Below are positions 1 to 11,100 of a DNA stretch of 33,394 nt, in pieces. How positions within the stretch are numbered: position 1 is the stretch's first letter; each line of letters opens with the position of its first letter. A program made the position numbers and the translations under genes. This DNA is from Octopus bimaculoides (lineage: Eukaryota): assembly GCF_001194135.2 (NCBI RefSeq), contig NC_068990.1, positions 11,613,716-11,647,109 on the forward strand, in the 5' to 3' direction. The notes beneath the pieces are model-generated. The model did no database searches. It was not told where the DNA came from and worked only from the letters and a program-made list of their open reading frames with translations.

Positions 1-32
<32 letters not shown>
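1..32. repeat. (TA)n microsatellite
   Basis: Perfect TA dinucleotide run at the window start. Confidence 0.97.
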
Positions 33-36
<4 letters not shown>

Positions 37-1176
37 CAAACGTATGCATGCATATGTGTTTTACAGATATTGTAAAAGTATGCTTTGGGGATAAACGTAC
101 AATTTAAACTACAGAAGTATGTATTTTTCTTATCTCTCATTTGGGTAGAAAAATAGCCCCGATTTGAATAATATATGGTCTGTTATTGCTTTTATCCTAG
201 AAAGAACGCCCTTCTTCTCGGTTACTCAGGTCGGGCTAATTGGTATAACAGGGCATACATTGACACGTTTAATTAATTAATTAAATTATTTTATTCGATT
301 CTTATTTTTATGAATTATATCAGACATAATGCAAGGCATGTATATTTTGATAAGCATACTAATTTAAAACTACACACATAAATATGTACGGTTCATGTTT
401 GAATGCGTTTGTGTGTGGCTTGGATCCGATCGTGTTTCTGTTCGTGCGTTGGTTTATAGTATGATAATCTAATACTCATAGTATGAGATTCACTTTTAAC
501 ATCATTGAAGCATCTTTTCATGCACCAATTAATCAAGGAATGTGCATGCAAATATTACGTGTAAAACTTTATTTACCAACAGCGCAAATCATGTTCGTAA
601 TATTGAAATAAGCCCGTGTCCTTCTCAGAAATGATATTTTGAGCTCTCGGTATGCAAACATTATTGACAAATATTTCTCAATTTAAAGCAGCAAAACATA
701 AATTCTTAAAAATTGACATCCTTAATGTTGGAAGACTGTTTGTGTTGTAGGGTAGGCTGTTAATCTGTGAGGAAAATATTGGTGTATAATTTGGAACATA
801 TCAGGGGAAGACAACATAATATCCGTAGTCATAAATAATTAAAATGTCCATTTTTGTTGTTGTAATGGAACGAAGTCTACACTATTCTCAAAAATAAGAA
901 AATACGTACAAAGAAGCGTTGGAATGTGGTTTGATTTCGTTAATGCAACTCAAAAGTAAATAAAAATAAATTTAAACATAACCATTAAAGCTTCAGTGAA
1001 TCGATCCGACGAAGGACATGCTTTGTTACAATTTATAAGTCTCTAATTATAAGACTAAATCGTTGAAATCGTTTCGGTGTAGTTAAGAATTGCATAGGAA
1101 GATCCTTCTCTGCGAGTTTGGTATCTACCTAAAAAGTATAAGAGCATTTCTCCCTGTAAAAGAAGGAGCAACTAAG

Positions 1177-1311
1177 TCTTTTCTACTCTAGGCACAAGAC
1201 CCGAAATTTTGGGGGAGGAGGCCAGTTGATTAGATCTACCCAGTACACAACTGGTACTTAATTTATCAACTCCGAAAGGATGAAAGGCAAAGGCGACCTC
1301 TGTAGAACATG
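1177..1311 (-). mobile_element. SINE family A, 5'-truncated copy with atypical 5' end
   Basis: Reverse complement of the body/tail seen at 5534-5731 (gcctttcatcctttcgg...aagtaccagtt...cccccaaaatttcgg...cctagagtagaaaaga). It ends in ctctgtagaacatg instead of the normal head. Confidence 0.9.
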
Positions 1312-1941
1312 TAATAATATTATTTCAGTCTATTTCACACAGATGCTTCTCACGAGTTAATATATAGTTCTAATACATTAAGGAATATTCAAAGAAATAG
1401 CTGTCTTGATGAACAACTTTCAGGAGCAGATGGTCTTTCAGTTTGTTGGGATTTTTTCCTGTTTTTTTTTTTATTTTGTTGTGCTTTTTTGTCTTCGAGA
1501 TTTATTGTCAAACTAAATCTCTTGTATATACAATTATTTCGCCATTGGGCAGCTATGAATACGGCTGAAAAAATAACTGCGATTTCTATCGATTGTTATA
1601 CAACAAAAGCAAGCAACTACAAATGGTATTGGTTATATCAACGTTTTCCAACAGTTATTAAGAGAATAATATGCAAAAAAGAAAACGAATTACTTAGAGA
1701 AAACAGACTACCTTAAATAATTAAAACCAACAGAGTTTCTATTCTGAATGGAATATTTCTTTGGCGTAGTTTCCTCAGCAATACAATCAAACACTGACCA
1801 AGTGTATTGTGCGATCTTGCCAAAGATAAAATCTTATGCATAAAAAGCTTAAAGAAACTGGTATAAGAGAGAGGTTGACTATTTAATCCTTTGAAGACTG
1901 AAGTCAAATAGTAATGAGAAGAGTTGGCATATCATATGCAT

Positions 1942-1942
<1 letters not shown>

Positions 1943-1977
<35 letters not shown>

Positions 1978-2410
1978 GTGTGTGTGCGTGTATGAATGCC
2001 TGTGTGTGTATGTATTCGTGAATACACACACATATATTATATATTACACAAACACACAGAGACACATACAGACACACACACATATATACTACACAGACAC
2101 ACACACATATATACTACACAGACACACACACATATATACTACACAGGCACACACTTATATACACACACGGGTGAATGAATGCTTGTGTGTGTATGTATTC
2201 ATGAATACACACACACACATTAATATTATANNNNNNNNNNAATGCTTGTGTGTGTATGTATTCATGAATACACACACACACATTAATATTATATATTACA
2301 CAGACACAGAGACACACATACAGACATACGCACACATATAGTATATATTACACAGATACACACTCATACACACACACGCACACATATATGATATATGTAT
2401 ATACAACATA
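1943..2410. repeat. Compound (CG)/(CA)/(TG)/(TA) microsatellite with a ~24-bp minisatellite and a 10-N gap (2231-2240)
   Basis: Direct reading; the unit cacacacatatatactacacagaca recurs about 4 times at ~2070-2150. Confidence 0.92.
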
Positions 2411-2444
2411 TACATATATGACATGTATATTTTTTTTTTTTTCT

Positions 2445-2487
2445 TAAGTTTCAGCTTAGAGCTGCGGCCATGCTGATGCACCACCGT
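2445..2487 (-). mobile_element. SINE family B, short 3' fragment
   Basis: gctgcggccatgctgatgcaccaccg matches the tail of the copy at 8421-8798 (gactgcggccatgctagagcaccgcc). Confidence 0.65.
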
Positions 2488-2661
2488 ATATGTACATAAA
2501 TTTACACATATTTATATTTAATCATCTTTTTTCTATTTGGCAATATGACAAAATCAAGCTGTTCTAGTGTGTGTGTGTGTGTGTTTTCATATGCATTATG
2601 TATGCCTTGTATTTCATGATATTTCTGCATTTCCTTGCTGCAGATGTTTATATTTAAATAA

Positions 2662-3560
2662 ATGAAAATTCGTGACCTGTATGATTTCCAATGAGGGCAA
2701 ATTGTTTGAGCGCAGATGGCTGAAATTCCAGTCCCTAAATCTACTGAATTGATTAATATTTCGAACGTACAGTCTCTAAAATTACGTTGGCATTCGAAAA
2801 CCAAGGTAAACTTAATTCTGACTAGTATAATTCTGGGCAAACAACGAAATTTATCGAGAAGGACAGCAGAATATTGAAACGTATGGTATCTAAGAACCAT
2901 GAAACTGTGGCAGCAAATGAACAACAGAGCTAAACCGCTACCTTGCCAACCCTGAGCCAATCAAAACCGCTCATCGTGAGCTCCATAAAATTGGATACCA
3001 TCGGATAGCTGCAATTGTTAGGCTTCTCTTGTTCCCCATCGACATTGATAAGCGGGAAAAAATATTGTCTTCATTATCAGAAGTTATCATTGGCTCAAGG
3101 GAACGATGTCATCTTCTCTAATGAATTAGCATTCACTCCTCTGTTTTGCTTCGAGACGAGCTTATGTCAGGGGACAAACCAAAGAAGCCGCCAACCCTAA
3201 CTGTTTAAAGGATCTCTACTGCGAAACATGAAGATGGTTCTGTGATGATTTCTGCAGGTATATCACAGAATTCTTTTGGTCCTAATATATTCTGCATGAC
3301 AGAGTTAACACTAAGGATTATCCGAGCACTCTGGCCAATCACATCCTTCCTATGCTGCAATGCTTGTTCCCTGATGATTGCGCAATAATCTAGAATGGTA
3401 ATAAATCAATTCGCACGGCTAGTGTTATTCAAAATTGGTACGAAGAACACACAAAAGTGTAAACTACATTGATTCCCTCCACATACACACCTACCCAATC
3501 ACCTAATCCCGGTTTAATGGAATGTTTATAATGCATTTTTGAGCAGCAATTGAAGAGTTA
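2662..3560 (+). pseudogene. Decayed Tc1-family (DD34E-type) transposase
   Basis: Manual translation across stops and frameshifts: MKIRDLYDFQ*GQIV; ILKRMVSKNHET; KTAHRELHKIGYHRIAAI; VIFSNE (first catalytic D changed to N); AKHEDGSVMISAGIS (=VKHGGGSVMVWG); HILPMLQCLFPDD; TASVIQNWYEEH; QSPNPGLMECL (=SPDLNxIE.LW). Confidence 0.9.
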
Positions 3561-3627
3561 CTTTTCTTTGTTAGGTTGCTGAATGAGCTACAGTAGGTTT
3601 TTCTTAAATAAGTGCCTGTGTATATAT

Positions 3628-3628
<1 letters not shown>

Positions 3629-3691
<63 letters not shown>

Positions 3692-3760
3692 GCATATACT
3701 TTTGAATGTGTATGTGTGACCAGTGTGTTATATCAATCTCTAACTATCTCTCTCTTTCTT

Positions 3761-3813
<53 letters not shown>

Positions 3814-3828
3814 CTTTCNNNNNNNNNN

Positions 3829-3905
<77 letters not shown>
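3629..3905. repeat. (CA)n, (TA)n and (CT)n microsatellites with a 10-N gap (3819-3828)
   Basis: Direct reading. Confidence 0.95.
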
Positions 3906-5310
3906 ATCTTTAATATTTTTTTCTCTTTTCTCTCTATCTAACTCTTGATCATTACTTAGACTATAAATAAAAGTTTTATCCGAATGATGAATTCTAACAG
4001 GAGATATTCAACATGTTTTTCTGTATGTGCACTTTTGTAACACCTATTCGGTTACGTAACATGTGTAATGGGAATTAATAATGCCGAAACATTTTCCAAT
4101 CTTCTTTGATATGTATGTATATTTGTATGTTTGTATGTAGTATTTATGTATGTAATATCTCTTCGTATGTCCGAGTGTACCTGTCCAATGCCCATCGTTA
4201 AGTACTGTTCTGTGTAATTCATTATTATATTACAGTATCCCAAATTTTCATTTTTGTTCTTTTTGATATACTTTTATCTTTATTTTTCTTCCAGATTTAA
4301 TTAAAGTCTTGTGTCATTTCCATTCCAACACATTCCAACTCCAATGCCATTTATTTAATAACAAATAAACAAAACAAAAAAATGTCTATTGCATACCATT
4401 CTTTGAATTCTTTGGTTTTAAGTGGAGTTATTTAGTTTAGAAGAATTGAAAATGTGTTTTCTCTTGAACAGTCGTTGCCAATTTGGCAAATATTCCAATT
4501 GTAAACAGTTATATTTATGAATAAAAGACTCCAGCCAAGTCAGGTGTGATCTCAGAATGGAAACTGTTAGCGAGTTGGGGGAGTTAGGTAGGAGACAGAC
4601 GTAAGAAAGAGAGAAATAAACAAATGTTGGACAGATTGAAGAGAGGAGTAAATGGAAACGCTTAATAGAGTGAATCGTATAATAAGAGAGAGAGAGAGTG
4701 GAAATAAATTTAATTAAAAAAAAAAAATTACATATGTGTAGGGTTGAGGTGTGTTTGGACGTTTGAAAGAGAGTGTAAGCATGTGTGCGTCCGGAAAAGG
4801 AAAGAGATAGAGAAAAAATTAGATAAACAGAGAGTGTGTGCGTTAGTGTTTACGCCGTTGAGTGTGTGAAAGTGTGCGTTCGCTTAAAGGTGAGAGAGAT
4901 AGTGAGAAAAACATAAGAGCGAGAAAGGTGGTCGGAAAAAAGAAATGGTGTTTAAATTAGCATAAAACTCAATGTCTGTTGTGTGAACAATATTCTACAA
5001 GTCAGAGTATTTCTGGAGCAGGAAAGTAAATATGTGTGTGAAGGGGTGGGTGTAAATTAACTTGAGATCAGATATTTTTGACCAGGATTTTAAATGTAAG
5101 AACACACGCTTTAATGAGATGGCTTAAAATAGGACGGTCTTGGAAAAATATTCTCTTTGAAGATTTATTCAACCTGATAATGCCGGGACAAAATACAAAA
5201 AAGAGTGGAAAAGGAAACAACCAAGCGTATGACGTACACAACTTCCGGTTCATAGATTCTAAGTTCAATTTTAGTGCAAACGCTATTGGTTTAGTATGGG
5301 TATTTAGCCC

Positions 5311-5533
5311 AAAGCGGCGATCTGGCAGAAACGTTAGCAGGCCGGGCGAAATGCTTAGCGGTATTTCGTCTGCCGCTACGTTCTGAGTTCAAATTCCGCC
5401 GAGGTCGACTTTGCCTTTCATCCTTTGGGGTTGATTAAATAAGTACAAGTTACGCACTGGGGTCGATATAATCTACTTAATCTGTTTGTTTGTCCCCTCT
5501 GTGTGTAGCCCCTTGTGAGCAGTAAAGAAATAA
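5311..5533 (+). mobile_element. tRNA-derived SINE family A, near full length
   Basis: Head gcggcgatctggcagaaacgttagc (A-box-like), B-box-like gagttcaaattcc, body gaggtcgactttgcctttcatcc, tail gtaaagaaataa. Resembles the octopus tRNA-derived SINEs (OK/OR1/OR2 families are described); exact family not verified. Confidence 0.93.
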
Positions 5534-5731
5534 GAAACGTTAGCACGCTGGGCGAAATATTTAGCGATATTTCGCCTGCTGCTACCTTCTGAGTTCAAAT
5601 TCTGCGGAGGTCAGCTTTGCCGTTCATCCTTTCGAGGTCGATAAATCAAGTACCAGTTGCATACTGAGGTCGATATAATCGACTGGCCGCCTCCCCCAAA
5701 ATTTCGGGCCTTGTGCCTAGAGTAGAAAATA
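5534..5731 (+). mobile_element. SINE family A, head-clipped, tandem to the previous copy
   Basis: Starts at gaaacgttagcacg; same B-box and body; tail cctagagtagaaaa. Confidence 0.92.
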
Positions 5732-5737
5732 TTTTTC

Positions 5738-5864
5738 AAATTCCGCCGAGGTCGACTTTGCCTTTCATGTTTCAGGTGTCGATAAATTAAGTACCAGTTG
5801 CGTACTGAAATCGATCTAGTCGACTGGCCCCCTCCCCCAAAATTTCGGGCCTTGTGTAGAATAG
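5738..5864 (+). mobile_element. SINE family A, 5'-truncated
   Basis: caaattccgccgaggtcgactttgcc through cccccaaaatttcgggccttgtg. Confidence 0.9.
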
Positions 5865-5882
5865 ACTACTGGTATTTAGCCC

Positions 5883-6092
5883 AAGGCGGTGACCTGGCAG
5901 AATTGTTAGCACGTCGTGCAAAATGATTAGCGGCATTTCGACCGACTTCACGTTCTGAGTTCAAATTCTGTTGAGATCGACTTTGCCTTTCGTCTTTCGA
6001 TTTTGATAAAATAAGCACTAGTTGAGCACTAGGGTCGATATAATCGACTTGCTCCCTATCCCGAAATTGCTGGCCATGGGCCAAAATTTGAA
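5883..6092 (+). mobile_element. SINE family A, older subfamily tail
   Basis: Head aggcggtgacctggcagaattgttagc, B-box gagttcaaattc, tail gaaattgctggccatgggccaaaatttgaaac. Confidence 0.9.
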
Positions 6093-6607
6093 ACTACTAT
6101 TGGTATTTAACCCCAGGTCAACTTAAATGTGCAGATGTAAAATCAAAGGCATTTCAATCGTGACTTCTCCATCTTTTTAGAAGAATGTAGAAATACCTGA
6201 TCTGCTGTGTCTTTCCCATTTTTAAGACAACAGCGTCTGAAATGTAAAAAAATTGGTTGTTATCTCTAGCAACCAGGGTCGAGGCTTGGTCATTGATTAC
6301 TTTGTGTTATTGTTGAGTTTCTAGTCTGGGTGCCTTATTCTCGTTTACTTAATCGTTGTTTGTTTTGCTACTGTTTGCCTACAATAATCTGAAGAAATGT
6401 TGGATGATGATAAGTATTGTAAATGTAATTTACAGTCCGGATACTTATTGATCAGACCTCGTATTAAATATTCCATTCAGTCTGTGCCGATCCTACAATA
6501 ACACAGCTCGTTCGCCTTCTCGAAACTTTCTTTTCTTTCAGTTTCTCCATTTTTCTTTTCTATACTTCGTTCAATTCACTACGTATTTCTTCCTTACCAT
6601 ATGAAAC

Positions 6608-6787
6608 TTGAACTACGGCCATGCTGGGGCAACGCCTTGAAGGGTTTTAGTCGAACAAATCAACTCCAGTACTTATATTTTAAGTCTAAAACCTAATCTA
6701 TCGGTACATTTCGCCGAACCACTAACTTACAAGGTCGTAAACAAACCTACATCTGTTGTCAACCAATGGATGAGAAACACAGGCACA

Positions 6788-6832
<45 letters not shown>

Positions 6833-6968
6833 AGGGACATCTACACTGTTTCTGTCTACTAATTACAGTTAAAAGGCATTCGCCGATCTGTGGCTATTGT
6901 AGAAGATACTTGCCCTGAGGCCATGTGGTAATAAAGCGAACTTCTAAAGTATATAGCCGTGACTGCGT
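6608..6968 (-). mobile_element. SINE family B, diverged, with internal (CA)n
   Basis: Colinear with 8421-8798 (cggccatgctgg...gccgaacc...gtaaac...tagaagatacttgccc). Confidence 0.85.
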
Positions 6969-7169
6969 CTGTTTTTTGTGTGTTTTTTTAATATATTCTT
7001 GACACATATTTCTTCTTGGATTACCACCAGTGATGCAAACTGCTTCTACTTATTCGAGTTCAATCGATTCGTATTTTAATAATATATATTTGTAATTGAT
7101 AATTTCTGAACTTTAATATTGACTTTATTTTAATCCCATTTACTTCTAGGATTCAATATAAAGATGTTA

Positions 7170-7490
7170 AATCGATTTCAGACAGAATATAAGGGGTATT
7201 ATATTTTAATGACCTAGAAGAATGAAAACCTGAACTAAATTTGACAGGATTAGAACTCAGAAAGTAACGGGCCGCAACTAATTATTAGAAGTTTATTGTC
7301 CGATGCTGTAAGGTGTCTGACGTTGCATCGGCTCCGAATAAATTGACTCCGATATTTAGTCTGGCACTTATTTTATCAGAAAGATGAAAGGCAAATGTCA
7401 GTTTTGGTAATATCTGTAATCAGAACGAGACCAGACATAACAAGCCAACACATGACCTTTAATCTTTCTACTGATTCTGCTACCTACCGC
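7170..7490 (-). mobile_element. Two old, degenerate family-A SINE copies
   Basis: Residual gaatgaaaacc...ttagaactcagaa (7220-7262) and gatgaaaggcaaatgtc...gtaatcagaacg (7383-7427). Confidence 0.6.
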
Positions 7491-8420
7491 TCTCTAGAAT
7501 TTTAAATACAAATATAAGTATTAAAACACTTTAGTTATGTGATGTGACTTAAAGAGTCAATACAGTTTAATTTAAAGAGCTCTCTTTGAATTTGTAGACG
7601 TTTTGTCTCCTCTTCGAACAGTAACATAATTTATTGTTTGTATGCTTAAACTTGTCAGACGAATAATAATTAGGACTAATGGAGTAGCTATTGCGGTAAG
7701 TTAATCTTATCTTTTATATTTTAAAAGAAAATAAATCTATGATTTGAATACTTCAATGTCCATTCTCCATCGGATATATTTAGTACCCATTATTGTTGTA
7801 CAGCTCAGAGACAGTCCAAATCAAATAAGCCTCGAATCGTAAGAATTCCGTCTGTGTCATCGCACATTCTTTCAGACATGATGTATCTAAAACTACGTCA
7901 TCTAATACGCCTTTTTGTTCTTTAAGGTAACAGGGTATGATTTGATCAAAATTTGGTTGATAATTTTAGCATGTCGGAGCTTCTTTGTTTTTATTTGTGA
8001 ATGACTCGATCAGTTTGAAGAATAGTTCTCATGGTTCATTTGAAGGCCTCCCAAACTGTTGAGAGGAAGGGAGTGAAATGACCTTAAATTTGAGGCTTGG
8101 CAGAAAGTTTTATAATAGAGTAGATAGTAGTTTCTCCACGGTGCATCCGAGACGTGCTATACAAAGACCTGAACTGAGAGTGACAAAGAGGTCAATAACA
8201 GGTTGTATTAATTCAGAACCTACATTACATTTGTCAATACTGATGGGTATATATATATATAAAGAAGATAGAAAATGGAGAAATATCGATGAACAACAAT
8301 TGACTTACATTACATCAATTATTATTTATTAATACAATACAAATAGACTGCATCCCATTTAACAGCTGTTTCTGCTTCCGATGTTGCATGATTTTGCCAT
8401 TGATATGCTAAAATATTTAT

Positions 8421-8798
8421 CATTTGACTGCGGCCATGCTAGAGCACCGCCTTTAGTCGACAAATCGACCCCAGGACTTATTCTGTGGAAGCCTAGTACT
8501 CATTCTATCGGTCACTTTTGCCGAACCGCTAAGTTACTGGGACGTAAACACACCAGCATCGGTTGTCAAGCGATTTGGGGGGGACAAACACAGACACACA
8601 AACATACACATGCACGCATACATATATACATATATACGACGGGATTTTTTCAGTTAGTTTCCGTCTACCAACTCCACTTACAAGGCTTTGGTCGGCCCGA
8701 GGCTATAGCAGAAGACACTTGCCTAAGGTGCCACGCAGTGGGAATGAATCCGGAACCATGTGGTTGGTAAGCAAGCTACTTACCACACAGCCACTCCT
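8421..8798 (-). mobile_element. tRNA-derived SINE family B, near full length
   Basis: The minus strand reads aggagtggctgtgtggtaagtagcttgc (A box), ggttccggattcattcccactgcg (B box), then ggcaccttaggcaagtgtcttc (resembles the conserved central ccttgggcaag motif of CORE/Meta-type SINEs), an internal TG/TA run and a tail. Confidence 0.92.
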
Positions 8799-8999
8799 AG
8801 CAATTCCTTCTTACTACTCTGTGTTTTTCGTGATTCTCCACCTATGACAGGACAAAATAGGCAGTCTTCACGAAAAGCTATAACAGTAAAAATTATAAGA
8901 AACAAAGAAAATACATTTCAAACAACGAAAAGAAAAGGGAAGAAAACAAAAAAAAAGGAGTAAAAGAAAAAAACTGATATAATATAAAAGTACAGTGAA

Positions 9000-9375
9000 T
9001 TGGCCTCGAATTTTGGTTCGAGACTAGAAATTTTAAGGGAAGCTTTTAGTCCATTTTTCTATTGGTATTTGTTTTATAGACCCCGAGAGGACGTACGAGA
9101 AAGCTGACCTAAGTGGAAGAATGAACTCAGAATGTAAAGAGCAGGATGAAATACCGCGGAACATTTCTTCTGACGATGTAAAGATTCTACCAACTCGTCG
9201 CCTTGAATCGTTTCAAATTTTGGGACAAAGCCAGCACATGAAAGGAAGTATATCTTATCAACGTCGAAAAGATAAAATGCAAAGCTGACCTAAGCGGAAT
9301 TTGAACTCAGAATATAAATTGCCGGCGGAAATACTTCAAAGTACTTTTCCAACTCTCTAACAATTCTGCCACCTC
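9000..9375 (-). mobile_element. Two tandem degenerate family-A SINE copies
   Basis: gaaagctgacctaagtggaagaatgaactcagaatg (9099-9135) and gcaaagctgacctaagcggaatttgaactcagaat (9280-9313). Confidence 0.75.
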
Positions 9376-9559
9376 GCAATCTGATATAAAAATGATTGGA
9401 TTTAAAGCGACAAAACATTCAATGCATTCATATATGCATGCACAATGCACAGTTGATCATTTTCTCCATGTAGTTTCAAAAAAAAGGAAACATTTTGAAT
9501 TTTCTCAAAATTATATTTAATCATGTATTTCTTATTTACTCCTGTTCTAGTAGACGTCT

Positions 9560-9940
9560 ACATCATCTGATTGCAGGTGAGGGAAATTTCCAGACGTGTA
9601 AACAAAGATATGGTGGCGCTAACGATTGAAGACGTCAGAAAAGTGCTAACGGTGCTGGAAGAGCATTGCCGGTTCGGGATAAATTTTATACGCATGTTAG
9701 ACCTGTCATACACGCCGACCCGAACTGTCTTGCAGGCGCTCGGTCAGTGCACGAGCATTGCTGACTCGTAGAGTGGTCGAGCAGCTGTTATCACGCATAG
9801 GAGAGATCCGTCTATTGACTAACGCTATCCTGAAGATCGTTCTGCCACCTTCCTTTGGTCGTGAAGGAAAGACATTTTTCCTCTGTCCGGTGGCTATAGT
9901 GGAACAATTTCAGGTTCGTAACTACTAACCGCTCTGGTCA
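9560..9940. other. Unexplained CpG-rich island; candidate exon 9736-9913 (+)
   Basis: Many CpGs and elevated GC against an AT-rich background. The segment tcttgcag|...CAG|gttcgt brackets 178 nt that are open in one frame. No family recognised. Confidence 0.3.
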
Positions 9941-10624
9941 TAAACATAAATTTCTTCGACAAAAGTTAGGATTTTTGTTTATAATTATCGAAGACAATCT
10001 TGGAAGGAAAAAAAACATTTAAAAAGAGTGCGTCCCTCTAATTAGAAAAGACACTTACTTTCCTTTGTCGTTCATAGTCAATAGACATCTTTGTCTTTTT
10101 ATTAAAGATATCAAAACGTTTGACGTTTGATGTAAGAGCTGAGGCGAAGGGTAGGTAGGGAGCTATATTAGCAGTAATGCTGAAGGTGTCGTTGGTCGCA
10201 AAAATTTTGCCTGCTTCTCAAATTGAAAGTGACGTTTCCGTAGGCTTTTGAGAGAAATATACGTGTAGGTATTAACTCTGACAGTACAAGTAACACTGTG
10301 ATGCAACGCACCAGCGATGCGGAAAATGGCTGTTATAAACAACACTAATAACAAAGCCACCACCACCACCAACAACAACACTACAAAATTAGAAAGCAAA
10401 AATGGCGACAAAAAAAAAAAGGGATGAAAAATGATACATTAGAATGTGAAACATTTATGGAAGATGATATCGGCAAGACTAACAGCAAAAAGGGTTTAGA
10501 ATGACAGCAAAATGTCGGAAAAAAACTGTGTAAAACTAGCATCATCAGCAAATATAAGGAAATAGAACTATCATCTATTACAGCGACAAAAACAATAGTA
10601 AGAATGGTTTCAAATTTTAGCACA

Positions 10625-10800
10625 AGGATAACAAGCTCGGGGAAGAGGCAGGTCGATTGCATCAACGCCAGTGCCCAACTGGTACGTATTCTATCGACCC
10701 CCGAAAGGATAAAAGGCAAAGTCAAACTCCATGGCATTTGAACTCAGAACGTAAAGACGGACGAAATGCTGATAAGCATTTTGTTCGGCGTACTAACGAT
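10625..10800 (-). mobile_element. SINE family A, head-clipped
   Basis: gaccccgaaaggataaaaggcaaagtc...atttgaactcagaacg...aagcatttt...actaacgattct. Confidence 0.9.
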
Positions 10801-10937
10801 TCTTTTCTACTCTAGGCACAAGGCCCGAAATTTTGGTGGGAGGGGGCCAGTTGATTAGATCGATCCCAGTATGTAACTGGTACTTAATTTATAGACCCCG
10901 AAAGGATGAAAGGCAAAGGCGACCTCTGTAGAACATG
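10801..10937 (-). mobile_element. SINE family A, 5'-truncated copy with the same atypical 5' end as 1177-1311
   Basis: Tail tcttttctactctaggcacaagg; ends ggcaaaggcgacctctgtagaacatg. Confidence 0.92.
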
Positions 10938-11100
10938 AGATTGTGTTGTGGGGTCAATGAAAACCCTTTGAACATTGCCCTGAAAGATTTCATCGCCAAA
11001 AAAAAAAAAGAAGCGAAGTTAAAAACAATTTTTGGACCGACTTGAAACATTACTTTTCCATTATTGGATCTATCTGATTTGATTGGCTGTACAAATAAAA

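Noticed and set aside
1573-1599. ITAISIDCY resembling the GPCR TM3 DRY motif in ORF 1489-1716
   Set aside because: There is no hydrophobic TM3 before it, no TM4 after it, and no other rhodopsin-family motifs; most likely chance.
1904-2484. His/Thr/Val/Cys-rich ORFs (also 3626-3948, 20772-21203, 25629-26076, 30091-30686)
   Set aside because: They are translations of CA/TG/TA/CT microsatellites, not metal-binding proteins.
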